Source: an uncultured Acidobacteriota bacterium
Lineage (GTDB): Bacteria; Acidobacteriota; Thermoanaerobaculia; Multivoradales; UBA5704
Length of the DNA stretch: 64,000 nt
Assembly (NCBI GenBank): GCA_963700145.1
Contig: OY969474.1
Coordinates: forward strand, 5,376,001 to 5,440,000
Direction of reading: 5' to 3'
The position numbers and the translations under genes are program-made. The notes beneath the pieces are model-generated. The model worked only from the letters and a program-made list of their open reading frames with translations. It had not been told where the DNA came from and ran no database searches. Shown here piece by piece: positions 10,376 through 25,245 of this stretch; within the stretch, counting starts at the first letter, position 1; each line of letters opens with the position of its first letter.

Positions 10376-11086
10376 ATGCCGGACTCGCCGCAGGACGATC
10401 GCGTCCGCCCGCGCGGGCGCGAGATGTCGCGCCTGGAGGCGCTCTCCGACGCCATCTTCGGCTTCAGCGCCACCCTTCTCGTGGTCTCGCTGGAGGCGCC
10501 GCGCACCTTCGTCGAGCTGCGGGCGATCCTCGCCGGCTTCGCCCCCTTCGCCCTCAGCTTCGCCATGCTCCTCTTCATCTGGCTCGCCCACAACGCCTTC
10601 TTCCGCCGCTACGGGCTGCAGGACGGCGTCACCGTGGCCATCAACTCGGTGCTCCTCTTCGTCGTCCTCTTCTACGTCTATCCGCTGCGCTTCCTGGCCA
10701 CCGCGTTCACGCAGTACCTCCTCGGCGGCGAGCTCGCGGTGCGCCCGGCCCTCGGCTCGTTCGACGCCCTCGCCTCGCTCTTCGCCGTCTACGGCGTCGG
10801 CTTCGTCGCCCTCTTCGCCTGCTTCGTGGCGTTCTACGTCAACGCCGCCACACGGGCGGATGCCTTCGGCCTGACGCCGCTCGAGCGCTACGACGCGGCG
10901 ACCGCGGCGCGGCACTACCTGCTGTTCGTGCTAGTGGGCGCCCTCTCGGCGATCCTCGCGTGGGGCGGCATCGGGATCGGGATCGGCCTGCCCGGCTGGG
11001 CCTACTTCCTGCTCGGCCCGCTCTGCTTCTGGAACGGCTGGAGCCGCGGCCGCCGGCGCGCCGCGCTTCTGCCCGCCGCCGCCTGA
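10376..11086 (+). CDS. TMEM175/DUF1211 family membrane protein (putative K+ channel)
   Basis: RLEALSDAIFGFSATLL signature; about 6 TM helices. Confidence 0.8.
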   Translation: MPDSPQDDRVRPRGREMSRLEALSDAIFGFSATLLVVSLEAPRTFVELRAILAGFAPFALSFAMLLFIWLAHNAFFRRYGLQDGVTVAINSVLLFVVLFYVYPLRFLATAFTQYLLGGELAVRPALGSFDALASLFAVYGVGFVALFACFVAFYVNAATRADAFGLTPLERYDAATAARHYLLFVLVGALSAILAWGGIGIGIGLPGWAYFLLGPLCFWNGWSRGRRRAALLPAAA

Positions 11087-11211
11087 CTCCTTCCCGCCGC
11101 GCCTGAGGCTTTCTCCCCGCGCCGCACAGGGGGTTTCCCTCATGGCCTCGCCGCCCGCCACACGGCAGCATCGCAAGCGGTGGAGCCGGACCGAACGGCA
11201 AGGAGGGGACC

Positions 11212-13104
11212 ATGCGGCGGATGACGCGTTGGACGGCTGGGACGACGGCGATGGCGGTGCTGGGGCTGCTGGCGGGGGCGCTGCCCGCGCCGGCGGTCGA
11301 CCTCGGCGCCTGGCAGCTGAAGGTGGACGCGGCGGTGCTTGACGCGGCGGCGCTCGGGCAGACCGATTTCCTGATCTACATGGCGCAGCAGGCCGACCTC
11401 TCGGGTGCCACGGCGCTCCGCGGCAAGGCCGCGAAGGGGGCGTACGTCTACGCGCAGAAGACAGCGCTGGCGCGCGACAGCCAGGCGCCGCTCCTGGCGA
11501 CGCTCGACGCCCTCGGCGCCTGGCATCGCTCGTTCTGGATCGTCAACCTGGTGCACGCCAGGGGCGGCCTCGCGGCGCTCCAGGCGGCCGCCTCCCGCGC
11601 CGACGTGGCGCACGTCTACGAGAACTCCGCCGGCATCCTCGACCCGCCGGTCGGCGCGCAGTCGGCCGGCGGCGGCGCCGCCGAGGCGCTCGCCGCCGCG
11701 CAGTGGAACCTCGACATCACCAACGCCGACGAGGTCTGGGCGCTGGGCGTCCTCGGCGACGGGGCGGTCGTCGCCGGCGCCGACACCGGCGTGGAGTGGC
11801 AGCACCCGGCGCTGCTCGCCCGGTACCGCGGCTGGGACGGCGCCACCGCCGACCACGACTACAACTGGCACGACGCGATCCACACCCCCAACACCGAGTG
11901 CCCCGGCTCCTCGCCCGAGCCGTGCGACGACGACGCCCTCTTGGGCGGCGGCCACGGCACCCACACCGTGGGCACGATGGTCGGCGACGACGGAGGCGCC
12001 AACCGCATCGGCATGGCGCCGGGCGCGCAGTGGATGGCTTGCCGCAACATGCACTACGGGGTCGGCGTCGTCACGACGTACCTCGAGTGCATGCAGTGGT
12101 TCCTGGCGCCCACCGACGTCGCCGGCAACGCCCCCGACCCGGCCAAGTCGCCGCACGTCATCAACAACTCCTGGGGCTGCGTCGAGGTCTGCCCGCCGAC
12201 GGTGCTCAAGGAAGGGACCGAGGCGATCCGTGCCGCCGGCATCGTCTACGTCGCCTCCGCCGGCAACGACGGCGACCTGTGCAGCACGATCGCCTTCGCG
12301 CCGGCCATCTACACGGCGTCGCTGACGGTCGGCGCCACCGACGACCTCGACAACATCGCCGGCTTCAGCAGCCGCGGCCCGGTGCTGACGCTCGACCCGC
12401 TCAACCCAAACCGCAAGCCGGACGTCTCGGCGCCCGGCGTCGGCGTCCGCTCGGCGCAGAAGGGGGGCGTCTACGGCAGCCTCAGCGGCACCAGCATGGC
12501 CGGGCCTCACGGCGCTGGGCTCGTCGCGCTCCTGATCTCGGCCAACCCGGACCTCGCCGGCGACGTCGACGCGATCGAGGACATCGTCGAGCGCACCGCC
12601 CTGCCGCGCACCACCGCCGAAGGATGCGGCGGCGACGGTCCGGCGCAGGTGCCGAACAACGTCTACGGCTACGGCCGCATCGACGCCCTGGCGGCGGTCG
12701 AGGAGGCGATCCGCCTGCGCCGCGTCTGCGCCGAGGTGGACGACGCCGGCGGCGCGGTCGAGTACCACGGCGGCTGGCAGCAGGTGAGCGACGCCGACGC
12801 GTCGGCCGGCGGTTACCACCGTCGCAAGGGCGGCGGCATCACGACGTCGGCGCGGCTCGTCTTCGACGGCGACGAAGTGACCTACCACTACGCCGTCTCG
12901 ACCGCCGGCGGCAGCGCCGACGTCTACCTCGACGGCATCCTCCGCCAGACCGTCTCGTACGCGGGGAGCGCGCCGCCCGCCGACCCGGCGTTCGCCGCGG
13001 TGACCCTCTCCGGGCTCGCCGACGGCGTCCACGAGCTGCGCGTCAGGCCGCGCGGCGGCACCGTCACCGTCGACGGCTTCACGGTCTGCGGGCCGGGGAG
13101 CTAG
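11212..13104 (+). CDS. Secreted S8 subtilisin-like serine peptidase with C-terminal beta-sandwich domain
   Basis: Signal peptide; catalytic ADTG, HGTH, GTSMAGPH; SAGN. Confidence 0.92.
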   Translation: MRRMTRWTAGTTAMAVLGLLAGALPAPAVDLGAWQLKVDAAVLDAAALGQTDFLIYMAQQADLSGATALRGKAAKGAYVYAQKTALARDSQAPLLATLDALGAWHRSFWIVNLVHARGGLAALQAAASRADVAHVYENSAGILDPPVGAQSAGGGAAEALAAAQWNLDITNADEVWALGVLGDGAVVAGADTGVEWQHPALLARYRGWDGATADHDYNWHDAIHTPNTECPGSSPEPCDDDALLGGGHGTHTVGTMVGDDGGANRIGMAPGAQWMACRNMHYGVGVVTTYLECMQWFLAPTDVAGNAPDPAKSPHVINNSWGCVEVCPPTVLKEGTEAIRAAGIVYVASAGNDGDLCSTIAFAPAIYTASLTVGATDDLDNIAGFSSRGPVLTLDPLNPNRKPDVSAPGVGVRSAQKGGVYGSLSGTSMAGPHGAGLVALLISANPDLAGDVDAIEDIVERTALPRTTAEGCGGDGPAQVPNNVYGYGRIDALAAVEEAIRLRRVCAEVDDAGGAVEYHGGWQQVSDADASAGGYHRRKGGGITTSARLVFDGDEVTYHYAVSTAGGSADVYLDGILRQTVSYAGSAPPADPAFAAVTLSGLADGVHELRVRPRGGTVTVDGFTVCGPGS

Positions 13105-13880
13105 GCGGCCGCGGCGCCCGGCGCGGCCACGTCGAACTGCGCCACCACCGGTGCGTGGTCGCTGGTGCCGACCTCGGCGAGCACGCGGCAGGCGGTGGCG
13201 CTGGCGGCGAGCGGCGCGCTCGCCAGCACGTAGTCGATGCGCCAGCCGATGTTGCGCTGGCGCATGTTGCGCCACGGCGCCCACCAGGTGAAGAGGCGGT
13301 CGTTCTCGGGGTCGAGCGCGCGGCCGAGGTCGACCAGGTCGCGGCCGATGAGGGCTTCCAAGAGCGCCCGCTCGTCGGGGCGCTGGCCGATGATCCCGGG
13401 CTTGAGCTCCTTGGGGTGCACGTCCCGGTCGGTGCGAGCGACGTTGAGGTCGCCGCAGAGGATCAGCCGCTTGCCGGCGCTCTGCAGCGCCCCCGCCCAG
13501 CGCTCGAGCGCGATCAGGAACTCCAGCTTGGCGGCGAAGTCCTTCCCGCCGTTCGGCACGTAGACCGAGGCGAGCACCAGGTCGCCGGCCTCGGCGGTGA
13601 CGATGCGCGTCTCGCGGTCGAACTCCGGGTGCGCGAAGCGCGGTTCCTCGGGGAAGATGTCGCGGCGGAGGTTCAGGCTGACGCCGGAGTAGGGCCCGGC
13701 GCCGTGCCAGTAGCACCAGTAGCCGTCGAGGTTGCAGATCGTCGCGTCGAGCTGCGCCGGCGCCGCCTTGATCTCCTGCAGGCAAACCACGTCCGGCCGG
13801 TCCCGCCCCACCCACTCCAGGAACTGCGCCGCCCGCGCCCGGATGCCGTTGACGTTCCAGGTGGCGACGGTGAGGGGCAC
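13101..13880 (-). CDS. xth: Exodeoxyribonuclease III
   Basis: TWNVNGIR, LQEIK, YVPNG, GDLN, GWRIDY, SDHAP. Confidence 0.93.
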   Translation of the reverse strand: MPLTVATWNVNGIRARAAQFLEWVGRDRPDVVCLQEIKAAPAQLDATICNLDGYWCYWHGAGPYSGVSLNLRRDIFPEEPRFAHPEFDRETRIVTAEAGDLVLASVYVPNGGKDFAAKLEFLIALERWAGALQSAGKRLILCGDLNVARTDRDVHPKELKPGIIGQRPDERALLEALIGRDLVDLGRALDPENDRLFTWWAPWRNMRQRNIGWRIDYVLASAPLAASATACRVLAEVGTSDHAPVVAQFDVAAPGAAAA

Positions 13881-13896
13881 GGGGCGATTCTAGCCC

Positions 13897-15057
13897 TCAC
13901 TCCCGCGGCACCACCTCCAGCTCGATCTCTTCGTTGACGTCCGGCCAGAAGGCGATCTCGCCGCGCACGGTGAGGAGCCAGCGCACGCGGCCGTCCGGCC
14001 GCTCGGCGCTCGGTTGCGCGTCGGCCGGGACTCCCAGCAGGCGCGAGCCGTGGGGGATGAGCGTGCGCTCCTCGGTCTCGATGACGACCACGGTGGCGAA
14101 GGTCCGCGCCTTCATGGAGGCCGAGCCGCCTTCCTCCTGCACCGTCTCCTCCCGCCCTTCGAGCGCGATGCGCAGCTTGCGGATGCGCCCCGGGAGGCCG
14201 GTGAAGCGCCACTCCAGGTGGACCGAGTCGCCGGGCGCCAGGACGCTGCGCGAGAGGGTGAGCCGCGGCCGCGGGTTGAAGAGGGCCAGGAGCTGGTAGG
14301 GGACCGCGATCAGCAGCAGGAGGCCGATCAGCACGAACGGCACGAGGAAGAGCACCAGGCACCCCTCGACGCCCCCGCCCGTCCGCCAGCCCTCGACAAC
14401 CTGCCAGACGAAGACCGAGACGATGCCGTTCCAGAAGAGGGCGACGAGGAGCGTGCCGGCGAGCTTGCCCAGCGGCGTCGCGCGCGGCCGCAGGGTCACC
14501 GGCCCGGCGCTCGTCGCGCGCTCGAGCCGGCGCGCGGCGGGCGCCGCCGCGGCCCCGCCGCCGCGCGCCGTCCGAAAAGCGAGCACGATGACACCCGCGC
14601 CGGCGCCGGCGAAGAGGAGCGGCACGAGCGACACCAGCCAGCCGGCTCGCCAGGCGCGGCTGTAGACCGCTTCGGTCGGGTCGTCGGGGTCGACCCAGCA
14701 GACGCTGCGCGTCCCCGGCGGGTTGCGGTCGACGATTCGCTGCTTGCCGGAGCGGCCGCTGGTCGAGCCGCCGAGGAAGTCGTAGCGCTGGGAGCGGTAG
14801 GTGCGCCCGTCCACCGCGTACTCGAAGAGGACCGCGATGCGGTAGGTGTCGCCGTCCTCGCCGCTCACCGTCTCGACCCGGCTCTCGAGCACCGTGCACG
14901 GCACCTCGCGCCAGCCGCGCGCCTCCAGCGCGCGCTTGGCCGGCAGCAGGAAGAAGGGGACGAGGAGCCCCAGCCCGGCGAGGACGAAGAGGGCGCCGAA
15001 CGCGGCGAGGCAGCCGGCGCCGGACGGCTTCGGCGCCGGCGGCTGCTCGCCGCTCAC
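13897..15057 (-). CDS. DUF3592-like membrane protein
   Basis: GTG start overlaps the upstream gene stop; TM-W..V..TVLES...Y.VDG..Y...VDPDDP-TM pattern; this is the C-terminal 386 aa of the long track ORF. Confidence 0.75.
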   Translation of the reverse strand: MSGEQPPAPKPSGAGCLAAFGALFVLAGLGLLVPFFLLPAKRALEARGWREVPCTVLESRVETVSGEDGDTYRIAVLFEYAVDGRTYRSQRYDFLGGSTSGRSGKQRIVDRNPPGTRSVCWVDPDDPTEAVYSRAWRAGWLVSLVPLLFAGAGAGVIVLAFRTARGGGAAAAPAARRLERATSAGPVTLRPRATPLGKLAGTLLVALFWNGIVSVFVWQVVEGWRTGGGVEGCLVLFLVPFVLIGLLLLIAVPYQLLALFNPRPRLTLSRSVLAPGDSVHLEWRFTGLPGRIRKLRIALEGREETVQEEGGSASMKARTFATVVVIETEERTLIPHGSRLLGVPADAQPSAERPDGRVRWLLTVRGEIAFWPDVNEEIELEVVPRE

Positions 15058-15839
15058 CGCGCCTGCTGCCAGAAGAGCAGCGCCGTCATCAGCAGGCCGA
15101 TCGCCACCACCGCCGCGCGCGCCCGCTCCTGGCCGATACGCCGGGCGAAACGCGCGCCGCCGTAGCCGCCGGCGACCGCGCCGGCGATCATCACCAGCGC
15201 CGCCGGCCAGTACACGGCGCCGCGGGCGATGAAGTAGACCGCCGCCGTCAGGTTGATCGCCAGGCCGAAGAAGTTCTTGAGGCCGTTCATGGCGTGGATG
15301 TTGGAGAGGCCGAGGAAGCCGAGGATGGCGAGCATCAGGATCCCGGCGCCGGCGCCGAAGTAGCCGCCGTAGACCGCCACTCCGAGCTGGGCCACCGCGG
15401 CGAGCAGCCAGTTGCCCGCCGAGGGGACGGGCGCGATGGTTTCTTCCGCCACGCTCGCCTTGACAGCGCGCTTCCGCACCACCCCCTGCACCATGAACAG
15501 CACGGTGGCGAAGAGGATGAGCGCCGGCGCCAGCTGCGCGAAGGTCCGCTCCGGCGTGCGCAGCAGGAGGACCGCCCCCAGCGTGCCGCCGACGAGGCTG
15601 GGCAGGAAGAGCGTCTTCAGCCAGTGGCGGTGCGTCGCCACCTCGCGCCGGTACCCCGCCATGCTCGCGATCGTGCCGGGCAGGAGCGCCACGGTGGACG
15701 TCGCGTTGGCGACGATCGCCGGCACGCCGGCCAGCAGCAGGGTGGGGTAGGTGACGATGGTGCCGCCGCCGGCCATGGCGTTCATCACGCCGGCCGCGGC
15801 GGACGCGGCGAGGAGGGCCAGGGCCTGGCTGGGGGTCAT
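15054..15839 (-). CDS. TauE/SafE (TSUP) family transporter
   Basis: [31 protein letters not shown]. Confidence 0.9.
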   Translation of the reverse strand: MTPSQALALLAASAAAGVMNAMAGGGTIVTYPTLLLAGVPAIVANATSTVALLPGTIASMAGYRREVATHRHWLKTLFLPSLVGGTLGAVLLLRTPERTFAQLAPALILFATVLFMVQGVVRKRAVKASVAEETIAPVPSAGNWLLAAVAQLGVAVYGGYFGAGAGILMLAILGFLGLSNIHAMNGLKNFFGLAINLTAAVYFIARGAVYWPAALVMIAGAVAGGYGGARFARRIGQERARAAVVAIGLLMTALLFWQQAR

Positions 15840-15912
15840 GGAGCGCGCGGATTATGGCACGCGGCGCTGTGGTACCCTGCGCCCAAATCAGCACCATGGA
15901 AGGAGGCGCTTC

Positions 15913-18537
<2,625 letters not shown>

Positions 18538-18573
18538 GGCGACCACCGCCCTGAGACGGCGGCAGGAGGCGGC

Positions 18574-20111
<1,538 letters not shown>

Positions 20112-20115
<4 letters not shown>

Positions 20116-20558
20116 AGGGCAAAGCCATCAAGATCCTGCTCGCCGAGGACGACCCCGACGACCGCCTCCTGCTGCAGGAAGCCCTCCAGGAGGGGCGTCT
20201 GGCCAACGAGCTGACCTGCGTCGAGGACGGCGAGGAGCTGCTCGACTACCTCCACCAGCGCGGCAAGTGGGCCGGCGGGGCGCCGCGCCCGGGCCTCATC
20301 CTCCTCGACCTCAACATGCCGAAGCTCGACGGCCGCGAGGCGCTGCGCGCGATCAAGGCCGACCCGTCGCTGCGCCAGATCCCGGTCGTCGTGCTCACCA
20401 CCTCGAAGGCCGAGGAGGACGTCCTGCGCAGCTACGACCTGGGCGCCAACTCCTTCATCACCAAGCCGGTGACCTTCCAGTCGATGGTCGACCTGATGCG
20501 CGTCCTCGGGCGCTACTGGCTGGAGATCGTCGAGCTGCCGGCGGCGGACGCCGAATGA
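20112..20558 (+). CDS. Single-domain response regulator (Rcp1-like)
   Basis: [27 protein letters not shown]. Confidence 0.93.
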
Positions 20559-22615
20559 ACGAAGCGCCCATCTCGGTGCTGCTGATCGACGACGACGAGG
20601 ACGACTTCGTCCTGACGCGCGAGCTGCTCGCCGAGATCGGCAGCGCCCGCTTCGAGCTCGCCTGGGCGCCGCGCTACGAGGCGGGCCTGCAGGCGCTGCG
20701 CGACGGCGCGCACGACGTCTACCTGCTCGACTACCACCTGGGCGAGCGCAACGGCCTGGAGCTCCTGCGCGAGGCGGCGGCCTGCGGCTGCCGGGCGCCG
20801 ATCATCATGCTCACCGGCCTGGGAGACCGCGAGGTGGACCTCGAGGCGATGCGCCTGGGCGCCGCCGACTACCTGTTCAAGAAAGGGCTCGACGCGCCGC
20901 TCCTGGAGCGCGCCATCCGCTACTGCCTGGAGCGGGCGCGGACGCTGGAAGCGCTGCGCGAGAGCGAGGAGCGCTACTCGCTCGCCGCCTCGGGCGCCAA
21001 CGACGGCCTCTGGGACTGGAACCTGCGCACCCACCGCATCTACTTCTCGCCGCGCTGGCGGCAGATGCTGGGGCTCGCCGAGTCGGAGGTGGCCGGGCTG
21101 CCCGACGACTGGTTCCGCCGCGTCCATCCCGAGGACCTGCCGCGCCTGCGCCACGACCTCGCCGCTCATCTCGCCGGCGCCACCCCGCACTTCGAGAACG
21201 AGCACCGCCTGATGCACCGCGACGGCGACTTCCGCTGGGTGCTGACGCGGGGCCTGGCGGTGCGCGGCGAGGACGGTGTCGCCTACCGCCTGTCCGGCTC
21301 GCAGACCGACACGACCGGCCGCAAGGTGCACGACGCGCTGACCGGGCTGCCCAACCGCGTGCTCTTCCTCGACCGCCTGGCCTCCGCTCTCTCCCGCGCC
21401 GGCCGCAACCGCCGCGGCGCTCTCCTCGCCGTCCTGGCGCTCGACCTCGACCGCTTCAAGCTGGTCAACGACAGCCTCGGGCACGGCCTGGGCGACCAGC
21501 TCCTGGCCGAGGTGGCGACCCGGCTCGCCGGCTGCCTGCGCCCCGAGGACACGGTGGCTCGCCTCGGCGGCGACGAGTTCGCCATCCTCCTCGAAGAGGT
21601 GCGAGACCCGCGCGAGGCGACGCGCGTCGCCGACCGCATCCACGCGGCGCTCGCTGCCCCCTGCCGGCTGGGCGGCCGCGAGCTCTTCACCTCGGCGAGC
21701 GTCGGCATCGCCCTGGCCGCCGGCGGCGTGCGGCCGGAGGCGCTGCTGACCGATGCCGACACGGCGATGAACCGTGCCAAGCGCTCGGGGCCGGCGCGCA
21801 CCGAGGTCTTCGACGCGGCGATGCGCGCCCAGGCCCTGGACCGGCTGCAGCTCGAGTCCGACCTGCGGCTGGGGATCGAGCGCGGCGAGTTCCACCTGGA
21901 GTACCAGCCGATCGTCGCGCCGCACGGCGGCGAGGTGCTGGCCTTCGAGGCGCTGGCGCGCTGGCAGCGCCCCGGCCACGGCGTCGCCCTGCCGGAGGAC
22001 TTCATCCCGGTGGCCGAGGAGACCGGGCTGATCGGCCCGCTCGGCGAGCACCTGCTGCGCCTGACCTGCGTCCAGATGAAGAGCTGGCTGGAGCAGCTCC
22101 CCGAAGACTCGCCGCTCGTCGTCTCGGTCAACCTCTCGGGCCGCCAGCTCACCGGCGACGACTTCCCCGAGCGGGTGGCGGCGGTGCTGGCGGAGACCGG
22201 CCTGCCGCCCGAGCGGCTCAAGATGGAGCTCACCGAGTCGGCGCTGGTCGAAAGCCCCGAGCGCTCGGCGGCGCTCCTGACCCGCCTCCGCGACCTCGGC
22301 GTCGGCCTCTGGCTCGACGACTTCGGCACCGGCCACTCGTCCCTCTCCTACCTCCACCAGTTCCCCTTCGAGGCGCTCAAGATCGACGGCTCGTTCGTCG
22401 CCCGCCTGGAAGAGCCGGGCGGCCGCGCCGAGATCACCCGCACCATCGTCCTCCTCGCCCACAGCCTCGGGCTGACGACGATCGCCGAGGGCGTCGAGAC
22501 CGCCGGCCAGTGCGCCCGCCTCCGCGACCTCGGCTGCGACCGCCTGCAAGGCTTCCTGTTCGCCCCCGCCCTCCCGGCCGACACCGCCTGGGACCGGGTG
22601 GCGCCTCCCGGCTGA
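20555..22615 (+). CDS. REC-PAS-GGDEF-EAL diguanylate cyclase/phosphodiesterase
   Basis: LLIDDD, DGLWDW PAS, HDALTGLPNR, RLGGDEF, FEALARW, DDFGTG, EGVET. Confidence 0.93.
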   Translation: MNEAPISVLLIDDDEDDFVLTRELLAEIGSARFELAWAPRYEAGLQALRDGAHDVYLLDYHLGERNGLELLREAAACGCRAPIIMLTGLGDREVDLEAMRLGAADYLFKKGLDAPLLERAIRYCLERARTLEALRESEERYSLAASGANDGLWDWNLRTHRIYFSPRWRQMLGLAESEVAGLPDDWFRRVHPEDLPRLRHDLAAHLAGATPHFENEHRLMHRDGDFRWVLTRGLAVRGEDGVAYRLSGSQTDTTGRKVHDALTGLPNRVLFLDRLASALSRAGRNRRGALLAVLALDLDRFKLVNDSLGHGLGDQLLAEVATRLAGCLRPEDTVARLGGDEFAILLEEVRDPREATRVADRIHAALAAPCRLGGRELFTSASVGIALAAGGVRPEALLTDADTAMNRAKRSGPARTEVFDAAMRAQALDRLQLESDLRLGIERGEFHLEYQPIVAPHGGEVLAFEALARWQRPGHGVALPEDFIPVAEETGLIGPLGEHLLRLTCVQMKSWLEQLPEDSPLVVSVNLSGRQLTGDDFPERVAAVLAETGLPPERLKMELTESALVESPERSAALLTRLRDLGVGLWLDDFGTGHSSLSYLHQFPFEALKIDGSFVARLEEPGGRAEITRTIVLLAHSLGLTTIAEGVETAGQCARLRDLGCDRLQGFLFAPALPADTAWDRVAPPG

Positions 22616-22627
22616 CCCGGAAAAGAC

Positions 22628-23340
22628 AACTTCGGACCGGGGAACGCTCCCCGGGGCGCCGGGAGGATTGTTTTCGGACCAGTTCGTACTACTTTCGGAC
22701 AGAGAAGCACCAAGATCGGACCAAAACAGCCGGTGCGTTGGGAGGGAAGCCGAGTTTACGGGGTCCGAAACTCGCCGGCGCCCGGCGGCAGAGCTATTTT
22801 CGGACCGAAAAGTACGATTTCAGGACCACAGGGACGCCTGACACGGGTCAGAAGCCCCAAAATCGGACCGGCGACACGTCCCCAGCGCTCGGTACGAACG
22901 GTTCAGAGACCGAAGTGGAACAGAATCGGACCAAAGAGTTAGATTTCAGGACCGAGGAACGTTCCCGAAGGGCCGCTGACACCTCCGCACCAGCAGACGA
23001 CAGCTCCTCAGGGTGCCAGATGGAAGAAAATCGGACCAAACCGTAAGATTTCAGGACCAAAACAGCCGCCCAAGGCCGCCGAGCGGTCCGATTTCGGACC
23101 AAACCACTAGGGGAGGCCCGCGGGGAGTGTTCCTTTCGGACCGGGGAAGAATATTTTCGGACCGCGGAGGCATCTTTTCGGACCGCGCAGCCTTCCCGAG
23201 GCCGCGGGGAGACATCCCGACGGGTGGGGGAGCGTAGCCTTCGGACAGCGGAAGGATCTTTTCGGACCGCGGAGCGTTCCCTTCGGACCGCGGAACCTTT
23301 CCGAGGCTGCAGGGAGGCTTCCTGACGGGTGGGGGAGCGG
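22628..23340. repeat. Degenerate 21-bp-phased repeat array, core (C/A)GGAC(C/A)
   Basis: 18 cores at 22633, 22675, 22696, 22717, 22801, 22822, 22864, 22927, 22948, 23032, 23053, 23095, 23137, 23158, 23179, 23242, 23263, 23284; every gap is a multiple of 21. Confidence 0.9.
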
Positions 23341-23346
23341 CCACTG

Positions 23347-23454
23347 CTAGCCCCGACGAGAGCCGCGAGCTGGCGCTCCTGGTCTCCGCGTCTGACACCT
23401 TCGCGCCAAGCGCTTGGCTGCCACGGCGGCGATCCGCAGCTCATATCCGGCCAT
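23347..23454 (-). pseudogene. Probable RelE/ParE toxin remnant
   Basis: ATG overlaps the antitoxin end; MAGYELRIAAVAAKRL, then in another frame EGVRRGDQERQLAAL, resembling a RelE N-terminus; truncated. Confidence 0.5.
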
Positions 23455-23671
23455 GACGCCGCAGGTCCTTGACGACCTGGTCGAAGCTCAGCAGCCGCTC
23501 TCCACGTCTCTGCTCGAAGGCCTCGAGATCTGCCGCGTTTTCCCCAAGGGCCAGCCCAACAGCTTCGTTGACCAGCTCCGAGACGGAACAACCTGTCGTC
23601 GCCGCCTTGAGCCGCAGAGCACGATGGATCTCGGGATCGAGGTAGACGGTTGCACGCTTCGTGGTTTTCAT
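23441..23671 (-). CDS. CopG/ribbon-helix-helix antitoxin-like protein
   Basis: KRATVYLDPEIHRALRLKAA...SVSELVNEAV...DL.AFE.R..E...SF..V.KDL. Confidence 0.85.
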   Translation of the reverse strand: MKTTKRATVYLDPEIHRALRLKAATTGCSVSELVNEAVGLALGENAADLEAFEQRRGERLLSFDQVVKDLRRHGRI

Positions 23672-24186
23672 AGGAGCCCAGGCTAGTGCCCCGGCGCTAG
23701 GACGTCAAAGACGACAGTCCGTTTGCGCGGCGCGCTCGCGGGCCCTCCGGGGCCGCCCTCCTTCAGAGGCAGGGGACGCCATGAAAGGACCACCGCAGGC
23801 GTAAGGCAGCCAGAGCCCGCGGCGCCCACCCCAGCGCTGTGTAGCTTAGGCCGAGCGCCATCCAGGAGTTTTCCTGCGCGAGCTGCCCCGGCCGAAGCCT
23901 CGCGCGCAACGCGTTGGGGATCGCGGCGCTACCCGCTCTCGAGGCCCGCTTCGCCCGACCCCGCAGGCGACTCCATTCATCTGGCACCTAGCCACTGGGC
24001 CAAAGATCGATTAGCGTCACTCTCATCGCCGAGCGCTGATGGCTTGAGCAGCTGAGCAGCTGCCGCTCGGGCCGGCCCTGCGCGCGGGAAACGCAATGAA
24101 GGACCCGCTCCGCATTTCACAACGAGCGACAGACGGCCAAGCCGTATAACAGTGGTCATACTGAGGAGACATGTAAGGACACGCCC

Positions 24187-25242
24187 ATGAAGAAGCCTAG
24201 GCGACCAGAGTACACCCCGTTGGACTTCGCTCAATGGAAGGCGGCGAACTCTCTTTCTCTCTCTCCCAAGTTCCAGCGGCGGGGAGTCTGGAAATCGGCG
24301 GCCCGCTCCTTTTTTGTGGACAGCTTACTGCGAGGTATGCCAGTTCCTCCAATCTACTTGCGCGAGATGCAGTCTCCGCAGCGCGATCGCGTAATTCGCG
24401 AAGTGATAGATGGCCAGCAGCGGATCGCTGCTGTCCTCGACTTTATGGACGGCAAGTACCGCCTCTCTAGGAGTCTCAAGGGGCCGTGGGCTGGCAAAGC
24501 CTTTGGCGGATTGACGCCGGAGGAGCAGGACAACGTGACGAACTACGCCTTCTCTGTCGAGATGTTTCATGGGATCTCTGATCTTGAGGTCCTCGAGATG
24601 TTCTCTCGACTGAATACATATAGTGTGGCGCTAAACAAGCAAGAACTCCGTCACGGGAGGTTTTTTGGTCGATTCAAGCAGTCTGTCTACTCCCTTGCTT
24701 ACGAGCATTTGGAATTCTGGCGGCGCCACCGAATATTCACAGAGCAGAATATCGCGCGCATGCTCGAAGCTGAATTTGTTAGCGAGGTTCTGATTGCTTT
24801 TCTCGATGGAATGCAAGACAAGAAGAAGTCCATTGAGTCGTTCTATGACAAGTTTGACGACGAGTTTGCTGAGCAGTCGCGTCTGGAGAAGCATTTCCGT
24901 GAAGCCGTAGACGAAATAACGGAGTCGCTTGGCGACGCCCTTGTGGATACCATCTTTCGTCGGCCTCCCATCTTGTATTCGCTCGTTTGCGTTCTCCAAC
25001 ACCGCCGACACGGCTTACCGGGCGTGTCTGTCGCAACCACGAAAAGGCCTCTCTCTCAAGACGAACGCTTGTCCCTACGAGAGGCCGTTGAGTCTCTCTC
25101 GGCGAGGGTTGATTCCGCTCGCGCGGGTGAAGTCGTCCCGAATCAATACGTCGCCTTCGTCAAGGCCTGCCTACAGCAGACAGACAATATTAGGCCGCGC
25201 GAGACTAGGTTCAAGGTTCTCTATCGCACAGCATTCCGGTAG
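24187..25242 (+). CDS. DUF262 (ParB/Srx-like, GmrS-type) domain protein
   Basis: P.FQRRGVW, VIDGQQR, FSRLN motifs; lower GC. Confidence 0.88.
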   Translation: MKKPRRPEYTPLDFAQWKAANSLSLSPKFQRRGVWKSAARSFFVDSLLRGMPVPPIYLREMQSPQRDRVIREVIDGQQRIAAVLDFMDGKYRLSRSLKGPWAGKAFGGLTPEEQDNVTNYAFSVEMFHGISDLEVLEMFSRLNTYSVALNKQELRHGRFFGRFKQSVYSLAYEHLEFWRRHRIFTEQNIARMLEAEFVSEVLIAFLDGMQDKKKSIESFYDKFDDEFAEQSRLEKHFREAVDEITESLGDALVDTIFRRPPILYSLVCVLQHRRHGLPGVSVATTKRPLSQDERLSLREAVESLSARVDSARAGEVVPNQYVAFVKACLQQTDNIRPRETRFKVLYRTAFR

Positions 25243-25245
25243 ACC

